From contig CAXTKV010000031.1 of the NCBI GenBank assembly GCA_964244895.1, positions 1 to 29,603 of the forward strand: a DNA stretch of 29,603 nucleotides, in the 5' to 3' direction. Within the stretch, counting starts at the first letter, position 1, and each line of letters begins with the position of its first letter. The DNA is from an uncultured Deinococcales bacterium. Lineage in GTDB: Bacteria > Deinococcota > Deinococci > Deinococcales > JAAFIG01. Positions 24,779 through 29,603 of this stretch are shown here, piece by piece. The notes beneath the pieces were generated by a model. The model did not search any database. It had not been told where the DNA came from and saw nothing but the letters and a program-made list of their open reading frames with translations. Both the position numbers and the translations under genes were made by a program.

Positions 24779-24907
24779 ATGCATTTCCCTGCTGCAAATT
24801 CCCTCGGGTTTCCCGAGGTTCCTGCGTCGTTTACCGATTCGCCCCGAAACGATTCTCGGGTCAATTCTTGGGCCAACTCTCGGGCCAACTCTGGGGTTTC
24901 CCGATGA
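24779..24907 (+). CDS. Candidate 42-aa upstream ORF translationally coupled to rnj
   Basis: Strong RBS AAAGGAG 6 nt before ATG 24779. Its TGA overlaps the rnj ATG (ATGA). It contains a 12-bp tandem repeat x4. Confidence 0.4.
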   Translation: MHFPAANSLGFPEVPASFTDSPRNDSRVNSWANSRANSGVSR

Positions 24908-26544
24908 GCGAGAAGTTCCTCGAGATCATCCCGCTGGGCGGCATGGGCGAGATCGGCAAGAACATGATGGCCTTCCGCTACGACGATGAGATCATGGTCG
25001 TGGATGGGGGTCTGGCCTTCCCGGACAGCACCATGCCGGGGATCGATCTTTTGATCCCGAAGATCGATTACCTGCTGGAAAACGCGCACATGATCACGGG
25101 TTTCATCATCACGCACGGCCACGAGGATCACATCGGCGGCCTGCCGTACATCCTGCCGCGCTTGCCGAAGGTTCCGCTGTACGGCGCGAAATTGACGCTC
25201 GGGTTGTTGCGCGAGAAATTCGCGGAGTTCGGCATCCCGAACGCGGATCTGGACATGCGCGAGATCAGCACGGACGCGCACGTCAAAATTGGCAAGCACT
25301 TCACGGTGGACACGTTCTTGATGACGCACTCGATCCCAGATAATTCCGGCATGGTGATTCACACGCCGATCGGGCGCGTGGTGCACACGGGCGATTTCAA
25401 GCTCGACCAGAACCCGGCGGATGGCAAGACCAGCCACCTGGCCAGGATCAGCGCGGCGGGCGAGGAAGGCGTGCTGCTGCTGATCTCGGATTCCACCAAC
25501 GCGGAGCGCCTGGGGACCACGCCAAGTGAGGCCGATATCGCCGTGGAAATCGAGAAGCTGGTTTCGGAAGCCAAGGGGCGTCTCTTCGTCACGACCTTCG
25601 CCAGCCACATTCACCGCGTGGCCAACATCATCGCCGCCGCCGAAAAGCACGGTCGGCGCGTCGTGATGGAAGGCCGCTCGATGCTCAAATACGCGCAGCT
25701 CGCGCAGGAACTGGGCTACCTGGAACTCAAGGATCGTTTGATCTCGACGGATGAACTGACCGACCTGCCGGACAACAAGGTGCTCTTCATCTGCACCGGA
25801 TCGCAGGGCCAACCGATGAGCGTCCTCTCGAGGCTGGCGATGGGCAACCACGCCAAGTTGACGCTCAAGTCCGGTGACACCGTGATCCTGTCCAGTTCGC
25901 CGATTCCCGGCAACGAGGAAGCCGTCAACGGCATCATCAACCGCCTCTACCAGATGGGCGTTCACACCTTCTACCCGCCGACCTACAAGGTTCACGCCTC
26001 CGGTCACGGATCGCAGGAAGAGCTGAAACTGATCCTGAACCTGGCGCGCCCGAAGTTCTTCTTGCCCTTCCACGGCGAGCCGCGCCACCAGATGAACCAC
26101 CAGCGCCTGGCGGAAAGCACGCCGACGCCGCCGAAGAAAACCATCATCGCACAGAACGGCGACGTGATCCGCGTCAGCCGCGACGAGTTCAAGGTTCACG
26201 GGCGCGTCACCTCCGGCGTGGTTTACGTGGACGGGCTGGGGGTGGGTGACGTGACCGAAGAAATCCTGGAGGATCGTCACGCGATGGCCTCGGACGGCGT
26301 GGTGGTCGTGACCGCGATCACGCACCCGACGCCGCACATCGAGATCGTCAGCCGGGGTTTCGTGACCGCCAACAAGGAGCTTCAAGAAGCCATGCGCGAG
26401 GAAGCCCACGACGCGCTCTACCGCGGCGTGCGCGAGAAGAAGCGGCTCGAGGACGTGCGCGACGACGTGTACTACGCCGTCAAGCGTTTCGTGCGGAAAG
26501 CCACCGGGCGCAACCCGGTGATCATCCCGCTCGTGATCGAATAA
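24904..26544 (+). CDS. rnj: Ribonuclease J
   Basis: PLGGMGEIGKNM, THGHEDHIGG, HSIPD, HTGDFK, DSTNAE, TGSQGQP, HASGH and PFHGE motifs of the metallo-beta-lactamase/beta-CASP family. Confidence 0.96.
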   Translation: MSEKFLEIIPLGGMGEIGKNMMAFRYDDEIMVVDGGLAFPDSTMPGIDLLIPKIDYLLENAHMITGFIITHGHEDHIGGLPYILPRLPKVPLYGAKLTLGLLREKFAEFGIPNADLDMREISTDAHVKIGKHFTVDTFLMTHSIPDNSGMVIHTPIGRVVHTGDFKLDQNPADGKTSHLARISAAGEEGVLLLISDSTNAERLGTTPSEADIAVEIEKLVSEAKGRLFVTTFASHIHRVANIIAAAEKHGRRVVMEGRSMLKYAQLAQELGYLELKDRLISTDELTDLPDNKVLFICTGSQGQPMSVLSRLAMGNHAKLTLKSGDTVILSSSPIPGNEEAVNGIINRLYQMGVHTFYPPTYKVHASGHGSQEELKLILNLARPKFFLPFHGEPRHQMNHQRLAESTPTPPKKTIIAQNGDVIRVSRDEFKVHGRVTSGVVYVDGLGVGDVTEEILEDRHAMASDGVVVVTAITHPTPHIEIVSRGFVTANKELQEAMREEAHDALYRGVREKKRLEDVRDDVYYAVKRFVRKATGRNPVIIPLVIE

Positions 26545-26552
26545 ATAATTCC

Positions 26553-26611
26553 AGAGCACCGTGCCAAACGGTGTTCTCGAGCATCAAGAATCTGCGTGCT
26601 AGACGGTGCTC
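26553..26611. repeat. Palindromic intergenic repeat family A, doublet
   Basis: agagcaccgtgccaaacggtgttctcgag ... gtgctagacggtgctc. Confidence 0.78.
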
Positions 26612-26617
26612 CTGAAC

Positions 26618-26650
26618 GGGCGCTCGAGAAATACTCGAGCGCCCATTTTC
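26618..26650 (+). terminator. Probable intrinsic terminator between convergent rnj and vWA genes
   Basis: gggcgctcgag-aaata-ctcgagcgccc 11-bp stem followed by atttt. Confidence 0.55.
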
Positions 26651-26681
26651 ACCGCTCTGGTTTTTCCCTGACTTCTGACCG

Positions 26682-27662
26682 CTAGAACTGCACCTCGAAG
26701 GCCGAACTGAGCGCCACACCGTTGACCTTGAAGCTGACCGTGCCGGTGACTTTCTGCCCCGCGCTCGGCACGGGCGAGAAGACCAACTGGACGCAACCCG
26801 CGCCCTGGGTGGCGTTGAAGACGCCGTTGAACAGGCCGGTCAACTGGCTGGCGTCGGACGCGGCGTACAGACCGCCCGTCTGCGCCGCCACCAGTTGCAT
26901 GTTGGTCGGATCGATCGCGGTGCCCAGACCGATCATGTAGACGCGCACGCCCTTGGCTTTGGCTTCGTTGATGGCATCGGTCGCGGTTTTGGTGGAGCTG
27001 TTATCGCCGCCATCCGTCATGACGAGCGCGATCTTGTTGCTGCCCGATTGTTTCCCGGTCAGGTCGGCGGCATCGAAGACGGCGTCCCAGAGCGGCGTCG
27101 TTCCGCCCTCGAAGGTCGCGCTGTTGACGCCGGTGTTGAGCGAGGTCTTGTTCGAGGTGAAATCTTGCTGGAGTTTGATCGCCAGGTACGGCGAGGTCGG
27201 GCTGGTGTTCGAATCGAAGCTGGCGACCGCTGCCGCGTCGGTGCTGCCCATGCGGGCCACGAAGCTCTTGGCGGCCTGGTTGCGCTGCGTGGTCGTGAAA
27301 TCGCCCGTGGTGGATGGCGGATCGGTCAGGAACATCGAACCGGTCGAATCGAGCACCAGCGCTGCCTTGAGGTTTCCCGACCCGCCTTGAATCTGCCCGC
27401 AGATCGAGGCGGTTCCGGTCTGAGAGGTTACGGCCACCGTCAGGCCGGAGACGGTGGCTTCGGTGATGGTTCCGCTCGGCAGGACAGTCTTGTTGGCATC
27501 CAGCGCGCTGACGCTCAGGTTGACTTTGCCAGCCGTTTTGTCGGCGAAAGTGTAGCCGTTGACGGTCGCGCTCGTCGGTGAGCCTGCCGGTGTGGCCGGG
27601 CTCGAACCGCAAGCCACGATCAGCGCGCTGAGGCCGCTCAGGATCATCAAATGGGGTCGCAT
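26682..27662 (-). CDS. von Willebrand factor A domain lipoprotein
   Basis: Lipobox LIVA-C, MIDAS elements LDSTGSM, TPLWDA and MTDGGDN, plus VYMIGLG. ATG 27662 after GGAGGA. Confidence 0.88.
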   Translation of the reverse strand: MRPHLMILSGLSALIVACGSSPATPAGSPTSATVNGYTFADKTAGKVNLSVSALDANKTVLPSGTITEATVSGLTVAVTSQTGTASICGQIQGGSGNLKAALVLDSTGSMFLTDPPSTTGDFTTTQRNQAAKSFVARMGSTDAAAVASFDSNTSPTSPYLAIKLQQDFTSNKTSLNTGVNSATFEGGTTPLWDAVFDAADLTGKQSGSNKIALVMTDGGDNSSTKTATDAINEAKAKGVRVYMIGLGTAIDPTNMQLVAAQTGGLYAASDASQLTGLFNGVFNATQGAGCVQLVFSPVPSAGQKVTGTVSFKVNGVALSSAFEVQF

Positions 27663-27758
27663 GTGTCCTCCTGCTGCTTGGTTTCTCGGGTCTGGTGTGC
27701 GAACGAATTTCAGGATAGACCCTGTTCGCCGATGTGGCTCGAGGTAACCAACAAAAGT

Positions 27759-27780
27759 CCTCCAGGACGGTGTTATCGAG
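27759..27780. repeat. Palindromic repeat family A, single degenerate copy
   Basis: cctccaggacggtgttatcgag. Confidence 0.6.
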
Positions 27781-27853
27781 GTTGATTTCGATGACGCGAT
27801 CTCGCGCCTCGAGCCTTGATCTCGAGGCGCGGACATGACCATTCCACGGGCGC

Positions 27854-27932
27854 AAAAAAGCTGAGACGCCAGCGGGGGTGGGGGAGGCTGGCGTCTCTGG
27901 GGAGGATGTTCGCGAAGGGTTTTCAACTTCGC
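27854..27932 (-). ncRNA. Candidate small RNA with C-rich (anti-Shine-Dalgarno-like) linker and loop, ending in an intrinsic terminator
   Basis: Minus strand: hairpin gcgaag..cttcgc, linker aacatcctcccc, 11-bp stem gagacgccagc/gctggcgtctc with loop ctcccccaccccc, then agctttttt. Confidence 0.45.
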
Positions 27933-28190
27933 TGGTCAGAGTCTGGATTGGCCAGATGGAATCAACGTGAAACGCGATTTTGCGGGTTCGCAAACGCTTG
28001 AGGGACAGCGCGAACCTCCCTCCCAGGAGTTCGCGATGCCCCTCGCGCTTGGTGGCATTCAGGACGCACCCCGAACGCCATGGCACAAGGTATGTCGCGG
28101 CGGTAAAGCCACCGTAAAGTTTGGGCACGTCGCTACACCGTCGCGCTCTGGACGGTTTTTTTACATTCTAAACGCGGCTGAACTCGAAGC

Positions 28191-28232
28191 GCCGACGGGT
28201 CAGGATGGGTGGGGGTTGTCCGACCCGTCGGC
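28191..28232. other. Second hairpin carrying the same GGGTGGGGG/CCCCCACCC loop motif
   Basis: gccgacgggtc(a)gga-tgggtgggggttg-tccgacccgtcggc. Confidence 0.5.
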
Positions 28233-28367
28233 GTTGATCTTCGATACGCTCGAGCGCAAGGGCATCTTTTTCCCGGCAGGTGAATTTGGCGTATAGAAGC
28301 CTTTACTTTTCGTATTCAACCCCTGAAAGCCCTGCGCTGCGGCCCTCGAAGCCCGAGCCTGGATCGC

Positions 28368-28424
28368 GAGACCGTCCTGCACACGAATTTCTGAAAACCA
28401 GGATTGCCGTCTGGGACGGTGTTT
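28368..28424. repeat. Palindromic intergenic repeat family A, doublet
   Basis: gagaccgtcctgcacac ... gccgtctgggacggtgttt. A further degenerate copy lies at 28136-28157. Confidence 0.72.
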
Positions 28425-28494
28425 GTGCGCGCGTTACGGCGCACGCCCTGAACTCCGGCGTCGGGATTCCCACGCTGCCGCGCGCGAGGGTAAG

Positions 28495-29603
28495 ATGAGC
28501 CCAGGAATGGACGATCCCTTTCGATTCGATACGCTCGCCGTCCACACCGGTCAAACCGAAAACCCTAAACCGCTCGAGGCGTTTGAAACGCGGCTCGCGG
28601 CGCTCGAGGGCGCAGGCTTGCCGGGTGGGGGTGCCTGGGCGCTCGGCCTGGCTTCCGGTCGCGCGGCGGTGGATGCCGTGGCGCGCTTGCTGCGGCCCGG
28701 CGACCGCGTGGTGGTTTCCGAAGAACTGAACCCGCGCACGCTCGAGGTGCTGCTGGTCTACGCGGAATTCGGCGTGGAACTCGAGTTCCGCGACCTGACC
28801 GACCCGTCGCGCTGGCGTTTCCGGAACACCAGCCTGGTCTGGTTGGAATCGCCCGGCAGCGTCAACCTGGGCGTGGTGAATTTGTCGAGCGTCTCGAACC
28901 GCGCGCACGACGCTGGCGCGCTGGTGGTGGTCGACAACTCGAGCGCGACCGCCCTCTCGACGCGCCCGCTGGAGTTCGGTGTGGACGTGGTCGCGTATTC
29001 GAGCATGGGCGCGTTGACGGGCAGCGCTGGCCTGAAGCTCGGCGCGCTCCTGGGGCGCGACGAGGCCCTGCGCGACCGCCTGACGGCGCACCGCGAGCTG
29101 CTCGCGACCCGACCCGACCCCGCCACCCTGGAACTCGCCGCGCTGGGCCTGTCCAGCCTGAGCGTGCGCCTCGAGCGCCAATCCAGGCTGGCGCACGATT
29201 TCGCCCGGAAGCTCCTGAACCAGCCCGGCATCCGCCGCGTGTTCTATCCGGGCCTGGAATCGCACCGCGGGCACACGATCGCCGCCGAACAGATGCGTTC
29301 GCGCGACGGGCGCGCCCTGCACGGCCCGAACTTCGCGCTGCGCCTCGAGTCCTCCGCCATGGCCGAAGCCCTGCCGACCCTGACGCGCGTCTGGCGCGAT
29401 TCTGGGCGCATCGGTGGCGCGCAGAGCAGCGTCGTGCATCCCGCCTCAGAGGTGGCCGGACTGGGTCTGCCCGCCGACGTGGTGCGTTTTTCCGTGGGTC
29501 TCGAAGACGAAACCGACCTCTGGAGCGATCTCGAGCAGGCGCTCAACGCCGTTCGTGCGTTGCGCGCAAGTGCACAACAGGAAGTGCAGCGCGCAAGTGC
29601 ACA
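28495..29603 (+). CDS. Cys/Met metabolism PLP-dependent enzyme family homologue (cystathionine gamma-synthase/lyase-like) lacking the PLP lysine; runs off the window end
   Basis: Hand-translated (absent from the ORF track): FDTLAVHTG, AALEG, SGRAA, LRPGD, WLESP, VVVDN, RPLEFGVDVV, RVFYPGL and VRFSVGLED. Start is ATG 28495 or 28507. Confidence 0.85.
   Translation, partial: MSPGMDDPFRFDTLAVHTGQTENPKPLEAFETRLAALEGAGLPGGGAWALGLASGRAAVDAVARLLRPGDRVVVSEELNPRTLEVLLVYAEFGVELEFRDLTDPSRWRFRNTSLVWLESPGSVNLGVVNLSSVSNRAHDAGALVVVDNSSATALSTRPLEFGVDVVAYSSMGALTGSAGLKLGALLGRDEALRDRLTAHRELLATRPDPATLELAALGLSSLSVRLERQSRLAHDFARKLLNQPGIRRVFYPGLESHRGHTIAAEQMRSRDGRALHGPNFALRLESSAMAEALPTLTRVWRDSGRIGGAQSSVVHPASEVAGLGLPADVVRFSVGLEDETDLWSDLEQALNAVRALRASAQQEVQRASA

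Noticed and set aside
24475..24903. N-terminal extensions in the ORF track (rnj from 24475; also 239, 2122, 2595, 15072, 22071, 24797, 27926)
   Set aside because: The extensions translate repeats or promoter DNA. Family homology and RBS/-10 signals point to the downstream starts given in the features.
958..26559. Long antisense or alternate-frame ORFs (e.g. 958-2169, 2209-3669, 9905-11224, 13444-14883, 24580-26559)
   Set aside because: They are shadow ORFs of well-supported genes, as expected in high-GC DNA, and show no family motifs.
27967..28296. 109-aa ORF in the vWA/PLP-family intergenic region
   Set aside because: No RBS, no recognisable motifs, atypical codon usage, and it runs through hairpins and a repeat copy.
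275..28424. Family-A repeats as a CRISPR array
   Set aside because: Copies are dispersed singly or in pairs between genes, are degenerate, are not regularly spaced by unique spacers, and no cas genes are present.
28320..28495. SAM-I riboswitch upstream of the trans-sulfuration homologue (ggccctcgaagccc resembles part of P2)
   Set aside because: The ATCxAGAG, GAGGGA, GCAAC and GTGC core elements are absent.
28303..29439. 378-aa minus-strand ORF at the window end
   Set aside because: It is the antisense shadow of the plus-strand Cys/Met-family gene, which carries recognisable motifs.

Overview
High-GC bacterial chromosomal window. The host is most likely a member of Deinococcota; this is inferred from many leaderless -10/start-codon junctions and the RNase J sequence, not from a search. 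From left to right it holds: (1) a co-oriented catabolic cluster at 1-9641 with a ProX/W/V-like ABC importer, PuuC-like aldehyde dehydrogenase, Fe-alcohol dehydrogenase, mandelate-racemase-subgroup enolase, an AT-richer unknown gene, an orphan formaldehyde-activating-enzyme (Fae) homologue, an aldo-keto reductase and GabD; (2) DegV; (3) a DUF4331 / TPR / HupE-UreJ operon; (4) an atypical flavoprotein disulfide reductase, AI-2E transporter, NUDIX, wecB, a WecA/TagO-type transferase, an EamA transporter, a Cys-free DUF2229-like protein, an R2K ATP-grasp protein, a small secreted protein, RNase J with a structured leader and uORF, a vWA lipoprotein, and a trans-sulfuration-family homologue lacking the PLP lysine. 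Non-coding structure is striking. A palindromic repeat (consensus gAAcACCGTCCWGSACGGTgTTc), usually a REPIN/BIME-like doublet, occupies about 20 intergenic loci. CTCGAG occurs about 115 times by manual count versus about 10 expected. There are also GTAG-type REP hairpins, heptamer tandem repeats and a candidate C-rich-loop sRNA locus. No transposase, cas gene, tRNA or rRNA was seen.
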